Below, piece after piece: positions 6,136 through 14,487 of a stretch of DNA of 15,648 nt. Positions within the stretch are counted from its first letter, which is position 1. Every line of letters begins with the position of its first letter. The translations under genes were made by a program, and so were the position numbers. This stretch comes from a bacterium (lineage in GTDB: Bacteria; Hydrothermota; 32-111), in NCBI GenBank assembly GCA_050239825.1, contig JBFXGO010000049.1, forward strand, positions 1 through 15,648. Reading direction: 5' to 3'. Under the pieces are notes generated by a model. The model did not search any database and had not been told where the DNA came from. It saw only the letters and a list, made by a program, of their open reading frames with translations.

Positions 6136-8673
6136 ATTCAATATTCTCTTCTTCATCGCCTTAATATTTGTCTTGTCCTTCGCATCCTTTTTCGTAATTG
6201 ACCTTAAAAATTCCTGATATGTTTTAATAAGATAACCGTTACCCTCTTTGGAAATAATTTTATAAACTGCGATATACTCTTCGTAATTGCTGATAGTTTT
6301 ATCTTCCTTGAACAGACGCAGTGTATTGGGAAACTCTGACAGATAATTTGAAAGAGCCTGCCTTGCGGGCCTCTCCTTCTCTGTTTTCAGAACCTTTACA
6401 AAATGCCCGGTCAGGTCGTATTTATGCTTTTTAAGCGCCTCTGCGGCCTCAACCTTAATTCTGTAGCTTGAAGAAGTGTAAACATCCTTGATGAAATCAA
6501 GATTGACTGTCGTGTCAAGAGAGCCGACTGCATATAAGGCAAGCTGTCTTGTTTTTTCATCAGATGAATAGCACTCCTCCTTCAGCTTTGAAAATGCGTG
6601 ATTGCATTTTATCTCTCCGAGCATATAGATAATATTCCGTTTTTTTATCAGATTATTTGTCTTCATTTTGGCTATCAATGTGTCAATATGCCTTTCATTC
6701 GTTTGTTTAAAGAACTCTATCATAGTTCTCAGCTCCAGTCCGTCGTCAGTGTCAAGTTTCTTTGAGATTATGTGTTTGAATGCCTCTTCGTCTCTCTGAA
6801 AGAGCATCTTTCTCGCTTTCTCCACCTTGAATTTATTGTCCGCAACATCCCACTCCGAGGCGATTTTAAATAGCTCTTCAATGGACAGGTTATCAGGTAT
6901 ATTGAAAGTGTCAGTCATACTATCTTTAAACATTACAGGCGAGTCGATTCCTATGCCATAGTATTTGTTTATCCAGCTTATAGAATCCTTCTCCCCCGCC
7001 TTAGTATAGAAATCATTTCCTTCAAGGTCTATGAATGCTCCGAATCCGTAGAATCCCCTCGACTCATTGACATCGCCGCAGGCAAAGTTTTCCCTTGAAT
7101 AGTATGAGTCGTCACCCTCTCTGTCGAGCAGAATCCCGACCGAATTGTTGAGTCCCGCCCCCTGTCCTCCCGAAACAGTATATGTGTCATTGCCTTTTTT
7201 GTCGCAGAGCATTCCTACTGCAAAGTCGTGCCCTTCTCCCTGCGAGGGTCCGAATCTTGAAAAATACATGTCATCTCCCGCATAATCAAAGAGTCCGCCG
7301 ACAGACAGGTGTATGCCGGAACCCTGAGCGTATTGAGCCGCAGTATAATAATCATTTCCCTGAAAATCAAAGAGAAGACCCACACTATGCCAATATGAGC
7401 CTCCCTGTCCGAAAACAGAAGCGCTGTATGTGTCATTGCCTTTATAATCTGCAAGTATTCCGAGTCCCCCGCCTGTGCGCGGCCTGATGCCGAACCCGAA
7501 TCCCTGACTCATTGAAAGGTAATCATGTTCAAGGAGAGGCGCATGCGAAAAGTGCATCCCTGCCCTGTATGTGTCATTGCCTGAAGAATCAAGAAGCGCT
7601 CCAGTGCCTTTGACAAAACCGAATCCCTGAGCAAAGCATGCAGCAGTATAGATGTCATCACCCTCTTTGTCTATGAGCTCTCCGTATCCGTAGAATGACG
7701 CGCCTTGTGACATTATTCCAGAGCTGTACACATCATCGCCCGACTCGTCTGTAAGCTGAGAAAATCCTATAAATGAAGAACCAAGTGAAAAGTTGCCTGT
7801 ATTGTACCTGTCATCTCCGTCCATATCATAGATGAACTGAACTCCGTTTATGGCGCCGTATGAGACCTTGAATGAGTCCGTAGTCTCATAAGAGTCATTA
7901 CCTGAAAAATCCACAATGAATCTTGTGCGCATTGTATAAGGGTAAGCCACACCCGATGAATTGAGGTATTTGTCGTCTCCGCCCAAATCAATAATAATAT
8001 CCGCATCATCATAGTATGTGTTTGAATATATATCTCCTATAACCATTCTTCCAGAAGATATTACTGTGTCAACCGGAAAGAGGAGCCCTTCCGAGAACAT
8101 CTCTATAAGTCTCTTTTTATACCCGTTTACAAATGGTTTGATGTCATCGAACTTTGATGTCACATACTGCATATAAGATATGAGAGAATCTGCAGTGAGA
8201 TTGTTGGTATCAATATTTTGTCCGAGATTCTGTTCGATGATGCCCTTGTATTTGTAGGATAAAGACTCTTCATAAAAAAGCATGGGTATAACCTGAATCA
8301 CGGCTTTTGATTTATCAAAACCCATCTTCTCATGTTTTCTCATTATAAGGGCTATGTCAGAGGCGAGAGTGTCTGTCATCTGAAAAACATCATTGAACTT
8401 CATGTATTTGTTGTTCACAAGAGGTTTGGCTACGGAATCAAGTATTGAATATCTCTTCTCCATCAAAAAAAGAGGGTTGTTTAGAATTGTGTCTGCAAGA
8501 GGGAATGCGAATGTGTCGTTTACCGAGAAATCCTTTTTGAAATTCAAATCGCTCCTGTAGAAACCCATCTCTTTTATCTTCTCTTCGACAATCGTAAAGT
8601 CGCTCTTTTCAACGGAATAGAGAGAGATGGTTAAAGTAATCAAAAGCAGGGTCAGCAGATTTTTAAGAAACAT
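6112..8673 (-). CDS. Secreted/periplasmic 853-aa protein with 12 DxxG(N/D)DxY glycine-rich repeats and a C-terminal HEAT-like helical region
   Basis: Signal-peptide-like N-terminus MFLKNLLTLLLITLTISLYS. Repeats include IIDLGGDDKY, LLDSSGNDTY, LADYKGNDTY and LLDREGDDSY. HEAT-like KRNIIYMLGEIK, TRQLALYAVGSL and IKVEAAEAL. Confidence 0.8.
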   Translation of the reverse strand: MFLKNLLTLLLITLTISLYSVEKSDFTIVEEKIKEMGFYRSDLNFKKDFSVNDTFAFPLADTILNNPLFLMEKRYSILDSVAKPLVNNKYMKFNDVFQMTDTLASDIALIMRKHEKMGFDKSKAVIQVIPMLFYEESLSYKYKGIIEQNLGQNIDTNNLTADSLISYMQYVTSKFDDIKPFVNGYKKRLIEMFSEGLLFPVDTVISSGRMVIGDIYSNTYYDDADIIIDLGGDDKYLNSSGVAYPYTMRTRFIVDFSGNDSYETTDSFKVSYGAINGVQFIYDMDGDDRYNTGNFSLGSSFIGFSQLTDESGDDVYSSGIMSQGASFYGYGELIDKEGDDIYTAACFAQGFGFVKGTGALLDSSGNDTYRAGMHFSHAPLLEHDYLSMSQGFGFGIRPRTGGGLGILADYKGNDTYSASVFGQGGSYWHSVGLLFDFQGNDYYTAAQYAQGSGIHLSVGGLFDYAGDDMYFSRFGPSQGEGHDFAVGMLCDKKGNDTYTVSGGQGAGLNNSVGILLDREGDDSYYSRENFACGDVNESRGFYGFGAFIDLEGNDFYTKAGEKDSISWINKYYGIGIDSPVMFKDSMTDTFNIPDNLSIEELFKIASEWDVADNKFKVEKARKMLFQRDEEAFKHIISKKLDTDDGLELRTMIEFFKQTNERHIDTLIAKMKTNNLIKKRNIIYMLGEIKCNHAFSKLKEECYSSDEKTRQLALYAVGSLDTTVNLDFIKDVYTSSSYRIKVEAAEALKKHKYDLTGHFVKVLKTEKERPARQALSNYLSEFPNTLRLFKEDKTISNYEEYIAVYKIISKEGNGYLIKTYQEFLRSITKKDAKDKTNIKAMKKRILNLINKKNN
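7005..8000 (-). repeat. Intragenic protein-level repeats (12 x DxxG[ND]DxY, ~26-aa core period)
   Basis: Counted in the translation. Three units share the DNA word TATGTGTCATTGCCT (7181, 7427, 7568). Confidence 0.85.
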
Positions 8674-9269
8674 ATAATTAGTCCTTTTTCAAATTTTATA
8701 TTTGCTTTTTTACCGGTAATCCTATTGCTCACACCTATTGGTTTGCTCCTGTAAAGGTCTGTGTTGGTATATTCATATTCAAAACCCCTTGATTCGATAT
8801 TTTTTGTCTTTGGCGAAACTGAAAAGAATGAGATATGAGAACCCTCCATGAAGTCAAAATCATAACTGCGCATCTCCCTCAAAATAAAGATATCATAATT
8901 CTCTGTGAGAATATGAATCTCATTATCCTTATACTTTTCAAGCAAACTAAGCGCGGTGTAAAAGTGGTCGTCTCTCGTGCCTGTGACACCGGTGATGTAA
9001 ATCGGAGAAAACTTCTTCTTGATAGAGTATTCTATTGCAAGTTCAATGTCAGTCTCGTCCTTAGTTTTAGAGTATTTTAAAATCGGTATATCCTTGGGAA
9101 CTCTCTTTACGGAAAGGGAGTCAAAATCCCCCACTATCAGCATCGGGTTTCTCACAAACTTCAGGTGACTGAACCCCCCGTCTGCCGATATTATTCGGGT
9201 GAATGATTTTATGAGTTTTTTCCGGCAGATTCTTTCGCCGGCTCCGACTATAATAACCGATTTATCCAT
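8652..9269 (-). CDS. thiN: Thiamine pyrophosphokinase
   Basis: ISADGG, IVGDFDS, KDETDIELAI, GVTGTRDDH and GVSNRI motifs. Confidence 0.92.
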   Translation of the reverse strand: MDKSVIIVGAGERICRKKLIKSFTRIISADGGFSHLKFVRNPMLIVGDFDSLSVKRVPKDIPILKYSKTKDETDIELAIEYSIKKKFSPIYITGVTGTRDDHFYTALSLLEKYKDNEIHILTENYDIFILREMRSYDFDFMEGSHISFFSVSPKTKNIESRGFEYEYTNTDLYRSKPIGVSNRITGKKANIKFEKGLIICFLKIC

Positions 9270-9277
9270 AATTTATC

Positions 9278-9305
9278 ATAATACTTATCTATGCCTTTAT
9301 GTCAA
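9278..9305 (-). promoter_or_regulatory. Sigma70 promoter of the thiN operon, probably leaderless
   Basis: TTGACA (9305-9300), 16 nt, TATTAT (9283-9278), then 8 nt to ATG 9269. No SD. Confidence 0.6.
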
Positions 9306-9395
9306 GTATATAACTCATGCAGAAAACAATGGATGTGAATTTGAATTTCACTCCTTTAAACGGAAGAATGAATATTAAGTGAGAATTTTTATCAC

Positions 9396-9437
9396 TTGAT
9401 TTTTTTAGGAATATATTGTATCATTTATTAAATACAA
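9396..9437 (+). promoter_or_regulatory. Promoter of gntR overlapped by a palindrome, putative YtrA-type autoregulatory operator
   Basis: TTGATT (9396-9401), 17 nt, TATCAT (9419-9424). Inverted repeat TTGTAT-N10-ATACAA (9416-9437) covers the -10. GGAG SD precedes ATG 9453. Confidence 0.6.
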
Positions 9438-9452
9438 AAAGATGGAGATTAA

Positions 9453-9827
9453 ATGAATATTGTCATAGACACAGAATCCCCACTTGCGGTCTATCTGCAG
9501 ATTAAAAATCAAATCAAGGGGCTTATAAATTCAGGAGAGATAACCCAGTCGACGAAACTGCCCTCCATCAGAAGACTCGCTTCACTACTTGGAGTAGCTA
9601 TTAATACAGTTGCCAGAGCATACTATGAACTTGAGGAGGAGAAGATTATCAAGCTTGACGGAAGAAGAGGCACTATAGTTGTTGGAGCGGCTGAGATAAA
9701 CATGGAAGAGAGAGCCGCATTCCTCGAAAGACTGACCGAAGAGTTTCTCCTAAGAAGCAAAGAGTATCAGTATTCAGAGGAAGAGATTGAAGCAATAATA
9801 AAGGAAAAATTCAAAGAGATATACTGA
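9453..9827 (+). CDS. GntR-family transcriptional regulator, YtrA subfamily
   Basis: VYLQIKNQIK...KLPSIRRLASLLGVAINTVARAYYELEEE...GRRGT winged HTH with a short helical C-terminus. 124 aa. Confidence 0.9.
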   Translation: MNIVIDTESPLAVYLQIKNQIKGLINSGEITQSTKLPSIRRLASLLGVAINTVARAYYELEEEKIIKLDGRRGTIVVGAAEINMEERAAFLERLTEEFLLRSKEYQYSEEEIEAIIKEKFKEIY

Positions 9828-11143
9828 TGTTTCTTAAAATAGAGAGAGATTTAAGGGAGATTATAAAAAACCTTGACCCTGTAAATACATATATAGTAGG
9901 CGGATATGTAAGAGACAAGATTATCGGAAGAGATGCGAAGGATATTGATATTGTCTCCGCGCTCTCAATCGAAAGTATATCAAAAAAATTGAAGGCAAAA
10001 CCTTATATTGTCAATGACAGATTCAGCACAGCAAGATTTCACTTTCAAAATATCAATATTGATTATAATAAAATTGAGAATTTAGATTCGGATTTAAAGA
10101 GACGAGACTTTACAATCAACTCAATAGCCTGTGATTTAACAGGGAAAATAATAGACCCACTGAAAGGTTCAAATGATATTATAAATAAAGTTATACGCAC
10201 TTCTTCAACCGATGCTTTAAAAGATGACCCTATCAGGATTCTCAGGGCTTTCAGGTTGAAGAGACAGCTTGGTTTTTCGTTTTCCAAAAACCTAAACTCT
10301 TTAATCAAAGATAGCTCAAAGCTTCTTGCAGAATCACCAAAAGAGAGAGTTTATGCGGAGATTAAGGAAATTCTGTCGCAGATTGGGGGAGGAGGCTCTT
10401 TAAGGGAACTGCATAAGGCAGGAGCTTTAACAGTTATATTCCCTGCTCTTCAGCCAACACTTAAATTCATGCATGTAAAATACAAGTCAAGATACCTCAT
10501 AGGGCACCTTCTCAACACAACTGAAGCGGTTGATTTACTCTTGATGAATCGCTTGCCAAGGGATTTCAGAGAGTATGCGGATAGCAACCTCTTCTCTCTT
10601 TATCTGTCAGCTCTCTTCCATGATATTTTCAAACCTGAGTGCTTTACGATTGAGGGTAAGAAGCAAAGATTTTTCAACCATGACATACTTGCATCTAAAA
10701 GAATAAGCAAAATTCTCAAAGAGAGTCTGAAAGTATCGAATGAAGAGGCTGAAAGAATATCACTGTTGATAAAACTCCATATGAGACCACACTATCTCTT
10801 AAATCAGGGGGCTACCGACAAAGGCATTTATCGTCTGTTTCGAGAGGCGGGAGCTGATGTTTCAGGCCTTATGATTCTCTGCATGGCTGATATACTTGCC
10901 AGTGAAGGCAGAATAGAGAGGGGCTATATAAAGCTATACAAACGAATGCAAAAGATTGAAGAGAAGATAAATAAAAAGCAGGTGCGCCTTCTTAATGGCA
11001 GTGAAATAATGGCGGCTTTTGGAATAAAACCGGGGCGGCTTGTCGGAGAGATGCTTGAGAGCGGGAACAGCTGGGCTGTTGAAAACAATGTCTCCGACAA
11101 AGGCAAAATAATAAGTTATCTGAAAGAAGAGTTCTTTCCCTAA
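9827..11143 (+). CDS. cca: Class II tRNA nucleotidyltransferase with HD domain, probably CC-adding type
   Basis: YIVGGYVRD...DIDIV, DLKRRDFTINSIA and DDPIRILRAFR motifs. HD domain LFHDIFKP...HMRP...AD. C-terminal LLNGSEIM..FGIKPG..VG. TGATG overlap with gntR. Confidence 0.88.
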   Translation: MFLKIERDLREIIKNLDPVNTYIVGGYVRDKIIGRDAKDIDIVSALSIESISKKLKAKPYIVNDRFSTARFHFQNINIDYNKIENLDSDLKRRDFTINSIACDLTGKIIDPLKGSNDIINKVIRTSSTDALKDDPIRILRAFRLKRQLGFSFSKNLNSLIKDSSKLLAESPKERVYAEIKEILSQIGGGGSLRELHKAGALTVIFPALQPTLKFMHVKYKSRYLIGHLLNTTEAVDLLLMNRLPRDFREYADSNLFSLYLSALFHDIFKPECFTIEGKKQRFFNHDILASKRISKILKESLKVSNEEAERISLLIKLHMRPHYLLNQGATDKGIYRLFREAGADVSGLMILCMADILASEGRIERGYIKLYKRMQKIEEKINKKQVRLLNGSEIMAAFGIKPGRLVGEMLESGNSWAVENNVSDKGKIISYLKEEFFP

Positions 11144-11814
11144 TCCGTAATTTTTCCATCCTTCATGTTCACCACCCTGTCCGCATACTGCAGAAGTTCT
11201 TCATTGTGGGTGATTATTATGAATGTCTTTTTCTTGTCTGAATTAATTTTTTTGAAGAGCTCCATCACTCCCTTTGTGTTTTTTGAGTCAAGATTGCCTG
11301 TAGGCTCATCGGCAAGAATCACATCCGGGTCATTTATAAGAGCTCTGCTGATTGCCACTCTCTGCTGTTCGCCGCCTGAGAGTTCATTCGGTTTATGCAT
11401 TATTCGCTCTTCAAGACCCATTTCAGACAACAATTCCTTTGCTCTTTTTGAGGAGGCTGATAATGAACTGCTCATGAACAGGGATGGCAGCATCACATTC
11501 TCAAAAGCCAGAAACTCATTTAAAAGATAGTGGAACTGAAATATGAACCCTATCTTCTGATTTCTCCATTTCGCCTGCTTGCTGTCAGAGAGCCGATGTA
11601 TATTCTCGCTCCTGAATAGAACATTGCCCTCTGTCGGAGAATCAAGAGTGCCGATTATCTGCAGAAGAGTGGACTTCCCTGCCCCTGAAGGACCGAGAAT
11701 GAATGTTATCTTCCCCTCCTCTATTTCAAGGTTTATGTTATCAAGAACCCTTATCGTCTTGTCGCTCACATTAAAATCCCTGCACAAATTTGAAATTGTG
11801 AAAATGTTACTCAT
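11140..11814 (-). CDS. lolD: Lipoprotein-releasing ABC transporter ATP-binding subunit
   Basis: Walker A GPSGAGKST, GFIFQFHYLL, LSGGEQQRVAISRAL and ILADEPTGNLD. Coupled to lolE. Confidence 0.9.
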   Translation of the reverse strand: MSNIFTISNLCRDFNVSDKTIRVLDNINLEIEEGKITFILGPSGAGKSTLLQIIGTLDSPTEGNVLFRSENIHRLSDSKQAKWRNQKIGFIFQFHYLLNEFLAFENVMLPSLFMSSSLSASSKRAKELLSEMGLEERIMHKPNELSGGEQQRVAISRALINDPDVILADEPTGNLDSKNTKGVMELFKKINSDKKKTFIIITHNEELLQYADRVVNMKDGKITD

Positions 11815-13021
11815 ACCTTATTGCCTTTACCGCATCCATCGATGCCGCCTTCATTGCAGGGTATAGTGTTGCCGCAAACGCCACAACTACTGTCAGAACA
11901 AGTACAAATAGAATGTCTAAAAGCTGAACTTCAACCGGCAATTTGTCGAGCAGATAAACCTGTCCGGGAAGGTCGATAAATTTGTATTTCGAAAGGAAGA
12001 AACATGCGGTGAGACCAGCCACAAGACCGGTGATAGTTCCTATGAGATTTATTATCACTCCCTGATATATGTAGATTCTTAAAATTTCATTTTTAGATAA
12101 GCCCAGTGTCTTCAAGACTCCAATCTCGGTTGTGCGCTCCATCACAATCATTATAAGAGTCGTTATGATGTTGAATGCGGCGACTATTATGACAAGGAGA
12201 AGAATTAAAAACATTATCTTCTTCTCAAGGGCGAGAGCGGCAAAGAGGGAACCGTTAAGCTCTATCCAGTTGTTCGTTCTGTAGGGATAACCGAGCTTCT
12301 TCTCTATCTTTGCTGAAAGTTCGGGAGCTTTGTAAATATCTTTTATCCTAAGCTCCACTCCGGTGACAGCTCCTCCAAGTCCGAAAATTTCGGAGGCTCT
12401 CTCTATGGGTATATATACAAGCTCAGAGTTATACTGATACATTCCCGCATCAAAAACGCCTGCTATTACGAATTGAGAGACCTTTGGTATCAGAGACCCC
12501 ATTGTTTCAGTAGAACCGAAGGGAGTCGCAACAGTGATAATATCTCCGGTGTGGGCTCTTATATTCTCAGTAAGATCTATACCAATGTAGAGTTCGTTGC
12601 TTGTATCGGGAACCTCTCCGAATTTAAGATGCTTTTTGAGAATCTTCCTTGTCGGTTCGTCTTTGGTGTCGAATCCCCTGATTATAACTCCATCCGCATA
12701 ATTTTCAAACTGTATGAGACCCTTTGAATAGATGAAAGGGGTCATGAAGAGGATTTCATTGAAGCCCTTCAATGAATCCATAACCTCCTGATAGTTTCTC
12801 ACAGGTTCATTGAAGTATTTAAGAACAACTATATGGCTGTTTATATCGACTATTCTCTCTTTGACATCTTTTTGGAATCCGTTCATGACTGAGAGGACTA
12901 TAATCAGCGAAGCCACTCCTATAAATATTCCGCCTATGGCTATTCCCGTTGTGATATAACCGAATACTGTCTTTCTTCTCCCAAAGAGATGCCTGACAGC
13001 AATAAAAAGTATGTAACTCAT
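11807..13021 (-). CDS. lolE: Lipoprotein-releasing ABC transporter permease (LolC/E/F type)
   Basis: GVASLIIVLSVMNGF, EKKIMFLILLLVIIVAAFNI, EIGVLKTLG and ATLYPAMKAA motifs. Single permease between lysS and lolD. Confidence 0.9.
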   Translation of the reverse strand: MSYILFIAVRHLFGRRKTVFGYITTGIAIGGIFIGVASLIIVLSVMNGFQKDVKERIVDINSHIVVLKYFNEPVRNYQEVMDSLKGFNEILFMTPFIYSKGLIQFENYADGVIIRGFDTKDEPTRKILKKHLKFGEVPDTSNELYIGIDLTENIRAHTGDIITVATPFGSTETMGSLIPKVSQFVIAGVFDAGMYQYNSELVYIPIERASEIFGLGGAVTGVELRIKDIYKAPELSAKIEKKLGYPYRTNNWIELNGSLFAALALEKKIMFLILLLVIIVAAFNIITTLIMIVMERTTEIGVLKTLGLSKNEILRIYIYQGVIINLIGTITGLVAGLTACFFLSKYKFIDLPGQVYLLDKLPVEVQLLDILFVLVLTVVVAFAATLYPAMKAASMDAVKAIRYE

Positions 13022-14487
13022 TTTTCCTTTTTAAGAAGAGGGAACAAAACAACATCCCTGATAGTGTGCTGATTTGTCAGAAGCATGACTATTCTGTCGA
13101 TTCCGAGACCGACTCCTCCTGTCGGAGGCATTCCATACATAAGAGAATCAATAAAATCCTCATCCATCTGAAATGCTTCAGTATCTCCCTGCTGTCTCTC
13201 CTCGACCTGCTTCATAAATCTCTCTCTCTGGTCTATCGGGTCATTAAGCTCTGAGAATGAATTGCCCACCTCCATTCCCGCGATTATCGGTTCAAACCTC
13301 TCTACAACTCCCTCTATCTCTCTGTGCTTTCTTGCAAGGGGGGAGATTTCAAGCGGATGGTTTATCACAAATGACGGATTCATCAAATCCTTCTGCACCT
13401 TCTCGGAGAATATCTCATCAAGTATCTTGCCGTATGTTTTCTTTCCTTCAAGCTCTATGTTCATTCTCTTTGCCGCCTCTTTAAGCTCCTCCGTGGATTT
13501 TCCCCTTGCATCAAATCCTGTCTTCTCCTTGATGGAGTCGAAGAAATCGACTCTCTTCCACGGACGGGTGAAATCAATCTCTTTCTCGCCGTAAACTATC
13601 TTTTTCTCCGGCACAAGTGTCTCAAATATCTCTTCCACAAGATTCATCATATCATTGTAATCCGCATACGCCTGATAAAACTCAACCTGAGTGAATTCCG
13701 GGTTGTGAGTTCTATCTATTCCCTCGTTTCTGAAATCCTTTGCAAATTCAAAGACCCGGTTTATGCCGCCCACAATAAGCCTCTTAAGGTAAAGCTCATT
13801 TGCTATTCTTAAAAAGAGCTCCATGTCATGTGTGTTGTGATGAGTCACAAAGGGCTGTGCGAATGCTCCTCCGTAAATCGGTTGAAGTATCGGAGTCTCC
13901 ACCTCAAGATAACCGTGGGAGGAGAGGAAATGCCGTATTTTGCTTATTATCTCTGTCCTTTTTCTGAAGACCATCTTTGATTCGTCATTTGAAATAAGGT
14001 CGAGGTATCTCTTCCTGTATCTCATCTCAACATCCTTCAATCCGTGAAACTTCTCCGGGAGTGGCTTCAATGCCTTTGACAATATATCAATGTCTGATGC
14101 CGCGATTGTCAGCTCTCCGGAATGCGTCATGAAGAGCTTTCCCTTCACTCCGACTATGTCGCCTATGTCGAAAAGCTTTGCGGCAAGATACTTCTGCTCT
14201 CCCACAATATCCTTTTTGACATAAACCTGTATCTTTTCAATTTCATCTTTCACATCTATGAACATTACTTTTCCGTGGGCTCTCTCGGACATCATCCTTC
14301 CGGCTATGGAGACCTCGGCTTCCTTGTCAACAAAATCATCCTTCTTTTCTATGAGCTCTTTTATGGAGTGGGTTATGGTGTAATTATATTTATACGGCTC
14401 AACTCCCATCTCCCTTAATTTCTTGAGATTTTCTATCATCTGCTTTTCAAGTACATTAAGGTCTATGTTTGTGTTATTCTGCTCCAT
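13018..14487 (-). CDS. lysS: Lysine--tRNA ligase (class II)
   Basis: OB-fold N-terminus, LPEKFHGL, RYRKRYLDL, EVETPIL, FRNEGIDRTHNPEFT and YGMPPTGGVGLGIDR. GGAGG SD lies inside the prfB 3' end. Confidence 0.98.
   Translation of the reverse strand: MEQNNTNIDLNVLEKQMIENLKKLREMGVEPYKYNYTITHSIKELIEKKDDFVDKEAEVSIAGRMMSERAHGKVMFIDVKDEIEKIQVYVKKDIVGEQKYLAAKLFDIGDIVGVKGKLFMTHSGELTIAASDIDILSKALKPLPEKFHGLKDVEMRYRKRYLDLISNDESKMVFRKRTEIISKIRHFLSSHGYLEVETPILQPIYGGAFAQPFVTHHNTHDMELFLRIANELYLKRLIVGGINRVFEFAKDFRNEGIDRTHNPEFTQVEFYQAYADYNDMMNLVEEIFETLVPEKKIVYGEKEIDFTRPWKRVDFFDSIKEKTGFDARGKSTEELKEAAKRMNIELEGKKTYGKILDEIFSEKVQKDLMNPSFVINHPLEISPLARKHREIEGVVERFEPIIAGMEVGNSFSELNDPIDQRERFMKQVEERQQGDTEAFQMDEDFIDSLMYGMPPTGGVGLGIDRIVMLLTNQHTIRDVVLFPLLKKEK

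Noticed and set aside
7181..7582. Three copies of TATGTGTCATTGCCT as a possible CRISPR or DGR repeat
   Set aside because: Short, irregularly spaced, and explained by GNDTY codons in the protein repeats. No cas or reverse transcriptase gene is present.
9270..9452. TPP riboswitch upstream of thiN
   Set aside because: No CTGAGA/ACCTG core is visible, and the promoter sits directly against the start codon.
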